A DNA stretch of 64,000 bases from an uncultured delta proteobacterium (GTDB lineage: Bacteria > Desulfobacterota > Desulfobacteria > Desulfobacterales > JAHEIW01): NCBI GenBank assembly GCA_963706575.1, contig CAVPNL010000006.1, forward strand, positions 160,001 to 224,000, written 5' to 3'. Numbering within the stretch: the first letter of the stretch is position 1; every line of letters begins with the position of its first letter. Shown here one piece after another: positions 1 through 9,927 of the stretch. Both the position numbers and the translations under genes were made by a program. The notes under the pieces were generated by a model that worked only from the letters and a program-made list of their open reading frames with translations, ran no database searches and was not told the origin of the DNA.

Positions 1-804
1 GATTATATTACAACAGACGTACTCAATCGTATGAGCCTGACCCTTGATTACGATTTAACTTTTAATACTGGGGATATCGTGCCAAAACTCTGGCATTGGT
101 TGTTTTTTTTACCACATGTCAAAGCTTCCGAAGAGGGGACGGACGGCCATCCTAAAACAGGCGGATTTATCCCGCTTATCGAAGGCCTTGACCGTCGTAT
201 GTGGGCGGGCAGCCGTTTCTGGTTCCATAATGAGCTGTATGCTTCAAAATATGCCCGAAAAAAATCCAGGGTAGTCAGCGTAACCGAAAAGGAAGGTCGC
301 AGCGGCAAATTGAGATTTGTGATTGTACGGCATGAGTATTACCAGGATGACCATCACATCCTGTCAGAAGAAAATGACATTGTCTATAAACAGGCACCAA
401 AATCAGAGACTACGGTTGCGAATGTAAACGCCACTTTAAGTACGCCCACCAAGACGGCACAGTGGTCGGAAACCATTAAACCAAATCCGGTCCTGCTTTT
501 TAAATATTCAGCACTTACCTTCAATGGCCATCGTATCCATTATGATCGTGACTTTTGTAAAAACAATTTCGGTTTTCCGGGATTGGTCGTCCACGGGCCA
601 CTCATCGCAACTCTTTTAGTCGAGTTGATAAGAAAAAATATGGCTGATACCAAGGTGTTGGAATATTCATTTCGCGCCAAAGGCCCCATATTTGATTTCC
701 AAGCCTTTAAAATAGAAGGGCGCCAAGAAGGAGATATCGTTTCACTTTGGGCGGTAAATGATAGCGGTCTTGAAACGATGTCCGCTCGTGCCAAGATCAT
801 ATAG
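1..804 (+). CDS. Double hot-dog (MaoC/FAS1-like) acyl-CoA hydratase, mesaconyl-C4-CoA/itaconyl-CoA hydratase-like; 5' end outside window
   Basis: Motifs DGHPxxGGF, RRMWAGS, FKYSALTFNGHRIHYD, GLVVHGPL; frame is open from base 1 (DYITTDVLNR-M). Confidence 0.8.
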   Translation, partial: DYITTDVLNRMSLTLDYDLTFNTGDIVPKLWHWLFFLPHVKASEEGTDGHPKTGGFIPLIEGLDRRMWAGSRFWFHNELYASKYARKKSRVVSVTEKEGRSGKLRFVIVRHEYYQDDHHILSEENDIVYKQAPKSETTVANVNATLSTPTKTAQWSETIKPNPVLLFKYSALTFNGHRIHYDRDFCKNNFGFPGLVVHGPLIATLLVELIRKNMADTKVLEYSFRAKGPIFDFQAFKIEGRQEGDIVSLWAVNDSGLETMSARAKII

Positions 805-833
805 CCCGTTGAAAATAAATCAAATGGATTGTT

Positions 834-1874
834 TTAGGTGAGTCTACCGACCGTTAATTGGTCTTGCGCTAAAGCATCATTTGGTATTATCGCAATAGAT
901 TCAAAACCAAATTTTTTCTTCAGAATTTCAATATTTCTGTTTCGCAATCCCCTTAATTTAGAAACATTGCTTGGGTTGGTACGAATTGAAATTGATTCCG
1001 TATTTAGCGCCGACGATTCAATTTGCGCCACCGCCATATCCAGGAAAATTTCAGAATAAACCAGATGGCCGAAGGCCGGGTGATAGGGGCCGGCCAAGAT
1101 TGTGGAGCCGTTCTCTAAATCCTCCGATGCCTGGAGGCCCATCCGAATCACCGAAATGTTTTTATTTTTAAAAAGCAGGTACAGATCCTTTACCTGCCTT
1201 ACAGCTTCTTCGAGACTCAAGGGACCATAATTGCCTTTTTTGTACCAGGCCGCAAGGGGGCTGCCTGCCAGAACCAGTGTCGGATAGATGCGGATAAAAT
1301 GCGGTTTCAGCCGGACGACCCGTTTGGCAGAGGCGATCGATCGCTCAGGCGTATCTCCCGGCAGGCCGACCATTAATTGTACGCCGACTTCGTAGTTTAA
1401 TTTTTTGAGGAGCTGAATGGCCTTTTCTGTATCTTCTGCGCTGTGACCGCGTTTTGTGTCCGACAATACCCGTTCATCCATTGATTGGACACCCAGTTCA
1501 ATGGTTTTTACGGGAAAATCTTTAATCCAATCTAACCGCTGAGAGTCAATGGTATCCGGCCGGGTCGAGAAACGGATGTTGTTTACCCGTCCGGTCATTA
1601 CATATTCAGCGGCTTCAGCCAGCAGCCGTTTGATTTTATCTGCCGGCATTCCGAGAAAATTTCCGCCGAAAAAAGCTATCTGGACCCTGTTGCGGCGAGC
1701 GGTTTTAAACTTTAAAAATGCTTCGATCTGATCGCGGATATCCTTTGGCGGTCTCTTTGGAGGAACGCCGGTAATTGAAGACTGGTCGCAGAAGATGCAT
1801 CGGTGAGGGCAGCCGGCGTGAGGCAGAAAAATGGGGATAATAAAATGCTTATGTGAGTTGGGTTTTGCAGTCAA
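834..1874 (-). CDS. Radical SAM protein (Elp3/YhcC-like)
   Basis: IPIFLPHAGCPHRCIFC (CxxxCxxC), AFFGGNF, STRPD, ELGVQS, GPYHPAF; typical neighbour of rnc. Confidence 0.85.
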   Translation of the reverse strand: MTAKPNSHKHFIIPIFLPHAGCPHRCIFCDQSSITGVPPKRPPKDIRDQIEAFLKFKTARRNRVQIAFFGGNFLGMPADKIKRLLAEAAEYVMTGRVNNIRFSTRPDTIDSQRLDWIKDFPVKTIELGVQSMDERVLSDTKRGHSAEDTEKAIQLLKKLNYEVGVQLMVGLPGDTPERSIASAKRVVRLKPHFIRIYPTLVLAGSPLAAWYKKGNYGPLSLEEAVRQVKDLYLLFKNKNISVIRMGLQASEDLENGSTILAGPYHPAFGHLVYSEIFLDMAVAQIESSALNTESISIRTNPSNVSKLRGLRNRNIEILKKKFGFESIAIIPNDALAQDQLTVGRLT

Positions 1875-1908
1875 ATCGTTATCCCGGAAGCATGTTTTAT
1901 GGAAGGCG

Positions 1909-2114
1909 TTAAGAGCGCTGCGCTATGAGGAGCGTTTCACTCTAAGAGTATCCCGCTCGCAGCGGGATTTGATTCAATTGACTGGAGTACAAATGGTTAT
2001 TAACAAGATCTGTTGGACGGATTTTCTTTATTGCCTCAAGCCCGGCAGGGCGCTCCTAAAAGCCCGAAGGGCTGCTCATCGAACGCAGTGCTCCTCAAGC
2101 GGAGCGCTCCTTAA
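1909..2114. repeat. Palindromic intergenic element with ~25-bp imperfect terminal inverted repeats and internal hairpins
   Basis: TTAAGAGCGCTGCGCTATGAGGAGC (1909-1933) versus GCTCCTCAAGCGGAGCGCTCCTTAA (2090-2114); hairpins ATCCCGCT-cgc-AGCGGGAT (1950-1968) and AGCCC-gaa-GGGCT (2061-2073). Confidence 0.6.
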
Positions 2115-2132
2115 ATCCCACCGAGGGAATGC

Positions 2133-2834
2133 TCATTGAGATTCTTTGTTTAGAATCTCAAGCGCTTGATGGGCCGCATCCTGTTCTGCTGTTTTTTTGC
2201 TTTTGCCCGTGCCTTCCGTTTCAATATCAAAAACCTTTACGGAAACCCAGAAGGTTTTATCGTGATCCGGCCCTTCCTCACGAACGACTTTATAATACGG
2301 TATTTCACCGTGATTTTCCTGAACCAATTCCTGCAGCCGGCTTTTGAAATCATAACTGTCGATAGCCGAGTGAATCTGATCCAGAAAGGGAACAAAATTA
2401 TTTTCTATTATTTCAAAGGCAACTTTAAAACCGCCATCCAGATAAACAGCGGCCATCAATGCCTCAAAAGCTCCCGCTAAAATCGAGTTTTTCTCTATGC
2501 CGTTGGTTTGAATTTCACCCTTGCCCAGTTGAAGGCCTGCACCCAGGTCGATGGAGCGTGCCATAATGGCCAGATGGGTTTCATTGACCAGATTGGCCCG
2601 GGTTCTTGAAAGGTCACCCTCTTTTAAGTGCGGGTAGCGTTCCATTAAAATATGGCCGACGATGAGATTTAATACGGCATCGCCGAGGAACTCAAAGCGT
2701 TCATTGTCCCGCAACTCCGAGTCCGGCTGTTCATTGACATAAGAGCTGTGCCTTAAGGCTTCATCCAGCAGGTCTCTTGACTGAAATTGATATCCAAGCT
2801 TTTGTTCGATAGTGAGCTGATTGGCGTTAACCAT
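2133..2834 (-). CDS. rnc: Ribonuclease III
   Basis: NERFEFLGDAVL signature, FEALMAAVYLDGG, dsRBD (DFKSRLQE..GPDHDKTF..GKSKKTAEQDAA). Confidence 0.97.
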   Translation of the reverse strand: MVNANQLTIEQKLGYQFQSRDLLDEALRHSSYVNEQPDSELRDNERFEFLGDAVLNLIVGHILMERYPHLKEGDLSRTRANLVNETHLAIMARSIDLGAGLQLGKGEIQTNGIEKNSILAGAFEALMAAVYLDGGFKVAFEIIENNFVPFLDQIHSAIDSYDFKSRLQELVQENHGEIPYYKVVREEGPDHDKTFWVSVKVFDIETEGTGKSKKTAEQDAAHQALEILNKESQ

Positions 2835-2842
2835 AAAAGATC

Positions 2843-3724
2843 CTATGTTTGGGCCTGGGCTCCAAGTAATTTTTCATACAGCAAATACGGAACAAACAGT
2901 GTACCTTTTCCTGTTCCCATTTTTATTTGAGGCGTTATGGTTCCGTGAAAATCTGTGCCGCCGGTCATCAACAGGCCGAACTTTCTGGCCAGTTGCGTGT
3001 ATTGCCGTATTTGTTGAGGTGAATGTCCGGGATAATATACCTCTAATCCTGCGAGGCCTATTTTCTTTAAATTTTGCAGGAGCGCATCTAATTTTTGATC
3101 ATTTTCAATATTCAAAAGCGCCGGGTGTGCCAGAACAGGGACGCCCCCGGCCGCCCTGATGATGTGAATCGCCTGTTCACATTCAATGCGATACTTATCC
3201 ACATACGCCGGCCCGTTTGTCCCCAGATATTTGTCAAATGCTTCGTCGATGGATGCCACAAAGCCTTTTTTCACCATGGCATAGGCAATATGGGGTCTGC
3301 CCAGCTGGCCTTCTCCAACCTCCTGATTGACTTCTGCCAAAGAAATCTGGAATCCTAATTTATTTAAACGTTTTAAAATTGAGGGGTTACGATTTTTTCT
3401 GGCATCTTGGAGTTTGTTCAGCGCTTGATTTAAGCCGCGATTATCAAGGTGGATATTATAGCCCAAAATATGAAAACTTCCAGAGCCGGGGAAAAATGGG
3501 GGATGTGCCGCGCTGATCTCGACCCCGGTTAGAAAGTTTAAAGAAGGCGGTATGCCGATCCGCAGCGCCTCCCTTGATCCGTCTATGGAGTCGTGATCCG
3601 TTATTGCGATTGCGGCGAGGTTGAGCTTTCGGGCGTGGTCGAGGATTTCTGCTGCTGTAAAGGATCCATCTGAGGCGGTTGAATGTATGTGGAGGTCTAT
3701 GCCCAGATGATGATTACAATCCAA
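2843..3724 (-). CDS. PHP-domain phosphoesterase (YciV/TrpH-like)
   Basis: DLHIHSTASDG, AITDHD, GVEIS, GRPHIA, LAHP, TGGTDFHG. Confidence 0.9.
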   Translation of the reverse strand: MDCNHHLGIDLHIHSTASDGSFTAAEILDHARKLNLAAIAITDHDSIDGSREALRIGIPPSLNFLTGVEISAAHPPFFPGSGSFHILGYNIHLDNRGLNQALNKLQDARKNRNPSILKRLNKLGFQISLAEVNQEVGEGQLGRPHIAYAMVKKGFVASIDEAFDKYLGTNGPAYVDKYRIECEQAIHIIRAAGGVPVLAHPALLNIENDQKLDALLQNLKKIGLAGLEVYYPGHSPQQIRQYTQLARKFGLLMTGGTDFHGTITPQIKMGTGKGTLFVPYLLYEKLLGAQAQT

Positions 3725-4076
3725 GAGCCTTTTCCAATGCCTCCTCTTTGGATTTACAATCGATGCATTGAGTTGTGACCGGCCGGGCTTTTAGCCGTTT
3801 CAACGAGATATCTTCTCCGCAGGATTCACAAATTCCGTAAGTGTCATTTTCGATACGGCCAATGGCCTGTTTAATTTTTTTAATCAGTTTATGTTCTCTG
3901 TCCCGAATTCGAAGCATAAAATTACGGTCGGCCTCAAGGGCGGCACGATCTGTCGGGTCCGGAAAATTTTCTTTCGGCACGGTCATGCCCGACACCGTGT
4001 CACCAGCCTGGTTTAAAAGCTCTTCCAGCCAGTTTGTCAGCAATTTTTTGAAATTTTCTTTATCTTTCTTTTTCAT
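3714..4076 (-). CDS. dksA: RNA polymerase-binding protein DksA
   Basis: DPTDRA coiled-coil tip, CESC...RLKARP...CIDC zinc finger; start placed at ATG 4076. Confidence 0.93.
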   Translation of the reverse strand: MKKKDKENFKKLLTNWLEELLNQAGDTVSGMTVPKENFPDPTDRAALEADRNFMLRIRDREHKLIKKIKQAIGRIENDTYGICESCGEDISLKRLKARPVTTQCIDCKSKEEALEKALGL

Positions 4077-4612
4077 AACGAAACCCCTAGCCTGTATCCT
4101 CTCTAAATAAATACGGTCTTTCAAAAATTGCACTAACTAACACAACTCAATTTACCTGTAAAGCATTAATTGTGGCTTTTTCATTTTTTGTGGAATGATA
4201 ATATCTTGCCCATGCTGCGATAATATATAACCTAAAAATTTTAAATCAATATTTTAGCGTCGATTATAGCATTCATCTGCACCTGGATCAATTCGTACCG
4301 AAACTGCATCGCAAAAAATAGTCTCATTCGTCACCGATCATAATTCGGAGCCGGTAACTGAGAGTAGAATAAATTATCAATTATTACAAATTGTTATTAG
4401 TATTCTTAGTAAAACCTCAGGATTATATTATATCGGTTTGATTATACCAGAACTTTAGAACCGGTTTCAACACCTTCATTTCTCCCTCTCACCGCTTTGC
4501 ATTTTGGTAAGTTCTTAAGATTTCCGTCTAAATTGCCGATATAAGGATATAAATAGACTCAAAAACCACAAAGACACCAAGAATACAAAAAATAACTGGG
4601 GAGTCTAAGATT

Positions 4613-4846
4613 ATGAATAGCCCAAACTACCAGAACACCGAGTATCGATCCATAACCATCAAAACCACGGACGGTTCTACCATTCACGGCAAGGTCAATC
4701 TGGCTTACAAACAGAGGGTTTCGGATTTATTTACAAAATGTACCACACCATTTTTGATCATGGTTGAGGTGATGTCAAAGGAGAGCAAAGGCAAGGTCAT
4801 GTTTATCAATAAAGAGCACATCGTGTGGGCCGAACCGGAAGAGTAG
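4613..4846 (+). CDS. Small conserved hypothetical protein (DUF6812-like)
   Basis: GGGGAG RBS; pattern ITIKTTDGSTIHGKVNL..RVSDLF..FINKEHIVWAEP. Confidence 0.65.
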   Translation: MNSPNYQNTEYRSITIKTTDGSTIHGKVNLAYKQRVSDLFTKCTTPFLIMVEVMSKESKGKVMFINKEHIVWAEPEE

Positions 4847-4934
4847 AGCCAAAGCAGTCGGCAGTAACCCATGGCCACGGGGGTGATTGTTGATAAAATA
4901 TATGACTTTTTCCACTTAGCAAATACCCCATGAG

Positions 4935-5873
4935 CTATATGTTTTCATTCATAAACTTTTCAAGTTGTTTCATAGTGCTGATATTGTAGACTCTTGCCGG
5001 GGAATCAGATGGTAAGGTCTTTTTTAGCAAACCCGCCAGGACCCTTCCCGGACCAACCTCCACAAAGGTTTCCGCTTGATCATCCATTAGCCTAACCATG
5101 GAATCATACCACTTCACCGGGTTGCATAGCTGCCGCCCCATCATGTCTTTGATCTCATCCGCCTCGCTGGAGGTATCTGCAGAAACATTAAAGATTATGG
5201 ATTTTTCAGGTGGATTGAAACTGATTTGGGCTAAAACCGCTTTGAACTCCTCTTCAGCCCCCTTTATGAGGTCACTATGCCAGGCGCCGCTGACTTTCAG
5301 CGGTATGGCCTTGGCGCCCTTTTGCACCGCCAGTCCGGAGACTTTTTCGACCGGCTGCGGTGAACCGGTGATCACAATCTGAAGCTCGCTGTTGTGGTTG
5401 GCCACCGATACAACGCCTTGCGGCTGAACTTCGGCAACAAGATCGTCGACTTCAGCAATCGGCAATCCGATGATGGCATGCATCGCACCCTTGTACTTTG
5501 TAGATTCGCGGTGCATGAGCTCACCTCTTTTATATACCAGCATGATGGTGTCTTCAGCGGATATAGCGCCGGCGGCATTAAGGGCACTGTATTCGCCCAG
5601 GCTGTGGCCGGCACAAAAATCATAGTCGATGCCCTCTTTTTTTAGAACCGCCAGACAGGCCAGGTTAACGGTTGTGACGGCCGGCTGGAGATTAACGGTC
5701 CGGGTCAATTCTTCCATGGGGCCCTGAAAACAAAATTTGGAGATATTCATTTTGGCCGTTTCTTCGGCCATATCAAAAATTTCGCGCACCACATCGTATT
5801 CCTGATAAAATTCCTGCCCCATACCCACATTCTGAGAGCCCTGACCGGGAAAAAGAAATGCTGTTTTGCTCAT
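4935..5873 (-). CDS. fabD: Malonyl-CoA:ACP transacylase
   Basis: AFLFPGQGSQ, AGHSLGEY, VSGAWHS, EVGPGRVL; start at 5873 after GGAGG. Confidence 0.96.
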   Translation of the reverse strand: MSKTAFLFPGQGSQNVGMGQEFYQEYDVVREIFDMAEETAKMNISKFCFQGPMEELTRTVNLQPAVTTVNLACLAVLKKEGIDYDFCAGHSLGEYSALNAAGAISAEDTIMLVYKRGELMHRESTKYKGAMHAIIGLPIAEVDDLVAEVQPQGVVSVANHNSELQIVITGSPQPVEKVSGLAVQKGAKAIPLKVSGAWHSDLIKGAEEEFKAVLAQISFNPPEKSIIFNVSADTSSEADEIKDMMGRQLCNPVKWYDSMVRLMDDQAETFVEVGPGRVLAGLLKKTLPSDSPARVYNISTMKQLEKFMNENI

Positions 5874-5892
5874 AATAAATCCTCCGGATTTA

Positions 5893-7158
5893 TTATTCAT
5901 CCAGTTTAAACATTTTTCTGACCGTATCGATGTAAAAAGATTTATCTTCACGCATGCCGTTACTTTTCAAAAACCGGGTGGGATCGTGCAAAATTTTGTT
6001 AATCAGCGAATCCGCCATTTTGTGAAGCGCAGTTGCATCCTGTTCAGAGATGATGCTGGATTGCAGGGTTTTTTTCAGTTCCGCCGCAGCAATGGATTCC
6101 ATTTTGTTTCGCAGGGCGACAATCGTTGGAACCACATCCAGGCCTTCATACCATTCATGGAACCGAATAACGGCCTCATCAACGATGCGCTCGCCCTTAA
6201 TCGCCTCTTTCTGGCGATCTTCAACGTTTTCGTCAATCACCCCTTTTAGGTCATCGATGTCATAAACATAGGTATTGTTAAGGCGATTGATTTCCGGATC
6301 AATGTCCCGGGGGACCGCAATGTCGATAAAAAATAAAGGTCGATTCCTACGTTTGCGCAACACCCCTTTAACCTGATCGCGTTGGATCACATAATCGGGG
6401 GCGCCGGTCGAACTGATAATGATGTCCACCGTTTTTAAACTCTCCGGGATCTCCTCGAATCGAATGGCCTGACCCTTGAATTGTTTGGCCAGTTCAACAC
6501 CCTTTTCAAAGGTCCGGTTGGCGACCCATACCTTGACGGCCCTGTTGCGGATGAGGTGCTCAACCGCCAGTTCAGCCATTTCTCCGGCGCCGATGAGCAT
6601 AACCGTTTTGTCCGCCAGCACCCCAAAAATTTTGCGGGCGAGCTCAACGGCGGCATAGCTGATGGAAACAGCGCGATCACCGATGCCGGTTTCAGTGCGG
6701 ATTCTTTTGGCGACAAAAAAGGTGCGGTGCAGCAGGCGATTTAAAATGACACCGGAGGTTTTTTCGTCGGTGGCGGTTCGGTAGGCTTCTTTTACCTGGC
6801 CCAGAATCTGAGGCTCACCGACCACCATTGAATCCAGACTCGAGGCCACGCGGAACAAATGACGCACCGCATCATCGCCATCATGGATATAAAGGGCATC
6901 TTCAAATTTTTCCAACGGTATCTTATTGAATTCGGCGATAAACCCTTTGGTCTCTTCAACTGCCCGGGCCTTGTCATCGGTCACCAATAATATTTCCACC
7001 CGATTGCAGGTTGAAAAAAGCAGCGCTTCTTTGATGAAAGATTTCCCCAGAAGCGAATGCAGAGCCGTTTTGGTCTCATCCTCCGCAAAGGCGATACACT
7101 CCCTGACTTCAACGGAAGCGGTCTTGTGATTTATGCCCAGTAATATGATGTCCAACAT
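5893..7158 (-). CDS. hemA: Glutamyl-tRNA reductase
   Basis: GINHKTA, STCNRVE, SSLDSMVVGEPQILGQVK, GAGEM, DIAVPRDID. Confidence 0.97.
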   Translation of the reverse strand: MLDIILLGINHKTASVEVRECIAFAEDETKTALHSLLGKSFIKEALLFSTCNRVEILLVTDDKARAVEETKGFIAEFNKIPLEKFEDALYIHDGDDAVRHLFRVASSLDSMVVGEPQILGQVKEAYRTATDEKTSGVILNRLLHRTFFVAKRIRTETGIGDRAVSISYAAVELARKIFGVLADKTVMLIGAGEMAELAVEHLIRNRAVKVWVANRTFEKGVELAKQFKGQAIRFEEIPESLKTVDIIISSTGAPDYVIQRDQVKGVLRKRRNRPLFFIDIAVPRDIDPEINRLNNTYVYDIDDLKGVIDENVEDRQKEAIKGERIVDEAVIRFHEWYEGLDVVPTIVALRNKMESIAAAELKKTLQSSIISEQDATALHKMADSLINKILHDPTRFLKSNGMREDKSFYIDTVRKMFKLDE

Positions 7159-7200
7159 GACTACACTTGTTATTTATAAAATCTATAAAACCCTTTAAAT

Positions 7201-7277
7201 GCATAGCGCAAAGGGCAAAGGGCATAGGGTAAAGAGCAGGGAGAAAAACCGCCATGCTCTATGCCCATGCGCTTTGC
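7201..7277. repeat. Inverted array of 7-bp units (GCAWAGG / CYWTGC)
   Basis: gcatagcgcaaagggcaaagggcataggg ... ccatgctctatgcccatgcgctttgc. Confidence 0.7.
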
Positions 7278-8098
7278 TAAAATCGGGTAAACACGCCATG
7301 ATGTCCTGTCATCAGAAGGTTTACGCCTAAAAAGGTAAATATCAACACCCCGAAGCCGATGATGGCCATAATGGCGGAGCGTCGCCCCCGCCATCCCACC
7401 GTCAGCCTTTCGTGCAGCAGGACCGCATAAAACAGCCAGGTAATTCCGGCCCAGACCTCTTTGGGATCCCAGCTCCAGAATCGGCCCCAGACTGCTTTGG
7501 CGTAAACAAAGCCGGTTATCAGGCCCAGGGTGAGCATGGTAAAGCCCACGACGATGCAAACATATCCGATGTTATCCAGCATTTCTAAAGACGGCAGACG
7601 TTTAAAGAAGAATCGATGTTTTTTTGTTTTAATTTCATTTTCCTGCAGCAAATAAAGCACACCCAGCCCGCAAGCCAGAGCAAAGCCGGCTTCACCGATG
7701 AAGATGACCGTCACGTGACTCATCAGCCAGAAGCTTTTAAAGATTTTGGTTGTCTGGGCCGGCTCATTGGGAAGTCCTGAGGCGATTAACATGATCAGGG
7801 CCAGGATTGGCGCTGCAAAAATTCCCAAAATTTTTAAGTTAAATTTTAATTGAATTGCCAGAAAGACGCCGGCCATTGCCCATGCGGCAAAAGAAAGCGT
7901 TTCATGCATATTGCTGACCGGTATGTGTCCGGCTTTGATAAAGCCGTAAACGATGGTCAGGGTATGAAACAAAAATCCGATCAGCAGCAGAAAGTACCCG
8001 GCACGTTGCAGATAGTCCTTCTGCGTGAAAAGATATGCAAAATAGCCGGCGCTGCTGAGCAAATATAAAATAATGCTAACGAAGATGATGGATTCCAT
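7277..8098 (-). CDS. ccsA: Cytochrome c biogenesis protein CcsA/CcsB (HemX-like)
   Basis: Multiple TM helices, WWD motif WGRFWSWDPKEVW, conserved His residues; sits between sirC and hemA. Confidence 0.9.
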   Translation of the reverse strand: MESIIFVSIILYLLSSAGYFAYLFTQKDYLQRAGYFLLLIGFLFHTLTIVYGFIKAGHIPVSNMHETLSFAAWAMAGVFLAIQLKFNLKILGIFAAPILALIMLIASGLPNEPAQTTKIFKSFWLMSHVTVIFIGEAGFALACGLGVLYLLQENEIKTKKHRFFFKRLPSLEMLDNIGYVCIVVGFTMLTLGLITGFVYAKAVWGRFWSWDPKEVWAGITWLFYAVLLHERLTVGWRGRRSAIMAIIGFGVLIFTFLGVNLLMTGHHGVFTRF

Positions 8099-8116
8099 GA
8101 ATACTCCGATTCAGGT

Positions 8117-8218
8117 TGGCCTGTTTAGCCCGTTGAGCCCCTTGGCCCGTTTAAATTGGAAAAGATCTTTATTTTATTTTTTTTAACCGGCAAACGGGCT
8201 CAACGAGCAAACAGAACA
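8117..8218. repeat. Inverted array of ~9-bp units (GCCCGTTKA / YAAACGGGC)
   Basis: ggcctgtttagcccgttgagccccttggcccgttt ... aaaccggcaaacgggctcaacgagcaaac. Confidence 0.6.
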
Positions 8219-8243
8219 AGGCGCACAACCTATAAGCGATAGC

Positions 8244-8897
8244 TTATATTAGTGCTTCGATCTTGTACCCTTCTCCTAAAATTTTATAAAGCAGCGAATT
8301 TATTTCTTCTGTTTTACCCGCCTGCATTAACTGAATCAGATCACTGTCGATCAATTGATTAAATAATGCCTTGTGTGCCTCGGGTTCATGAGACTGGCTT
8401 AGCAGTTTTTGGCGGATGGCACCCATTAAAAGTAGAAAATCAGCATATTCCTGGCCGAACTGTGTTTCCAGTTTTTGCCGCAACTGTTTTGCCAGTGCCG
8501 GGCTTTTGCCGGATGTGGAGATGGTAATGACCAGATCTCCCCGGCGGACAATGGATGGCAGGATAAAATTGCAGACCTCGGGGCGATCGGCAATATTACA
8601 CAGGATATTTGCCTGATCGGCATCTTTGCTGACCTGACGATTTAAGGTTTCATCATCGGTGGCCCCGATAACCAGAAACATACCGCCTAAATCATCGCTT
8701 CGATAGGCGCGCTTTTTTAGCGCAACGGATCCCTCTGAAGCCAGCCGGGCCAACTGCGGTGTTGGATCGGGGCTGATAACCGTAACGCGGGCGCCGCATT
8801 CCAACAGGGTCTTGACCTTGCGGGTGCCCACTGCTCCCCCGCCGACAATCAGGCAATTGCGGTTTTTGATGTCGAGATGGATGGGGTAATACTTCAT
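8244..8897 (-). CDS. sirC: Precorrin-2 dehydrogenase/sirohydrochlorin ferrochelatase (CysG N-terminal/Met8 family)
   Basis: YYPIHLD, VGGGAVGTRK, LVIGATDD, NFILPS, ISTSGKSPALA. Confidence 0.9.
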   Translation of the reverse strand: MKYYPIHLDIKNRNCLIVGGGAVGTRKVKTLLECGARVTVISPDPTPQLARLASEGSVALKKRAYRSDDLGGMFLVIGATDDETLNRQVSKDADQANILCNIADRPEVCNFILPSIVRRGDLVITISTSGKSPALAKQLRQKLETQFGQEYADFLLLMGAIRQKLLSQSHEPEAHKALFNQLIDSDLIQLMQAGKTEEINSLLYKILGEGYKIEALI

Positions 8898-8900
8898 GAT

Positions 8901-8945
8901 TTGAACCAATTAAACCAATTAAACGAATCTAATCAATTCAACCGA
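8901..8945. repeat. Tandem 9-bp units (TT(G/A)AACCAA)
   Basis: ttgaaccaattaaaccaattaaacgaatctaatcaattcaacc; same unit at 14905-14985. Confidence 0.6.
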
Positions 8946-9726
8946 TTTCTATTTCCATTAAGTCCTCGGCTAGCACAATGGGACCGCTGTAAGTTTTGCG
9001 GCATTCGGCCTCGATGTCTTCTTCGTCACATTCCGGGTAAAAATGAGTTAAAATCAGCTTGCGAACTTCAGCCCTGGCGGCAAGATCGCCTGCCAAAGAC
9101 GGCGTCAGATGTCCTCTGACTCTGAGTTTGTCCGGGAGGGCACACTCACAGATCAGCAGATCCGCATCCTTTGCGAGATCGATGATTGTTTCACTGTAGT
9201 CTGTATCCCCGGTATACACGGCGGAAAATCCATCGGCGCTGATAATGCGGAAGGCTATGCTTTCTTCGTTGTGCTGCACCGGTGCGGTATATATCGCAAA
9301 ACCTTCAAATATAATCGTATCGGCATTTTTGTTGTCAAATTCGATGATCTCCAATAGGCCGGGAGCTAATTCAATCCACTGACCGTAGACGCCCTTCAAG
9401 CTTTCATAAAAATTCAGCAGGCCGCGGCCGCCGGCAACCGTCAGAGGGTTTTTCCGCCGGTCGCTGTCCGGATATTTGGTGGCAAAAATAAATGGAACGA
9501 ATTCGCTGGTATGGTCGGGATGAAAATGACTGTAAAAAATATGGGAAATATCAAAAATGGAGGTCCCCGCTTCCAGAAGCCGCCGCATGGTCCCGGGACC
9601 GGAATCAAATAATAATTTTGAAGCCCCCACCTGCATCAGAACAGAACACGAACTGCGCTTCAGGGACGGTACACAGGTCCCGGAGCCTAAAATTGTGACG
9701 TTTATGCCAGATTTGGTTCCAGCCAT
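8938..9726 (-). CDS. MBL-fold metallo-hydrolase, RNase Z-like
   Basis: ILGSGT, SHFHPDH (HxHxDH), YTGDT, GHLT, LTHFYP. Confidence 0.88.
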   Translation of the reverse strand: MAGTKSGINVTILGSGTCVPSLKRSSCSVLMQVGASKLLFDSGPGTMRRLLEAGTSIFDISHIFYSHFHPDHTSEFVPFIFATKYPDSDRRKNPLTVAGGRGLLNFYESLKGVYGQWIELAPGLLEIIEFDNKNADTIIFEGFAIYTAPVQHNEESIAFRIISADGFSAVYTGDTDYSETIIDLAKDADLLICECALPDKLRVRGHLTPSLAGDLAARAEVRKLILTHFYPECDEEDIEAECRKTYSGPIVLAEDLMEIEIG

Positions 9727-9781
9727 CTCTTATCAATCGGTTATGAACGAAATAATCTCTTTTGTGAACTGCAAAGCCTAT

Positions 9782-9919
9782 AAAAAGTGATCTAAAGTTA
9801 CAAGTGACCTAAAGTGACTAAAGTTAAGGAATTCTATCATTTTTATAAAAAAGATGGAGCATAGCGACACCAAAACTTTAGGCACTTTAGCTCATTTTAG
9901 TTCATTTTAGTCACTTTTT
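9782..9919. repeat. ~135-bp palindromic element of AAAGTGAC(C)T units, copy 1
   Basis: (aaagtgacct)n-aaggaattct...aaagatggagc...-(actttaggc/cattttag)n; near-identical copy at 48790-48930. Confidence 0.85.
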
Positions 9920-9927
9920 GATTTTGG

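Noticed and set aside
9782..9919. Short tandem units as a CRISPR or iteron array
   Set aside because: Units are 9-10 bp, contiguous and inverted about a centre; no spacers, cas or rep genes
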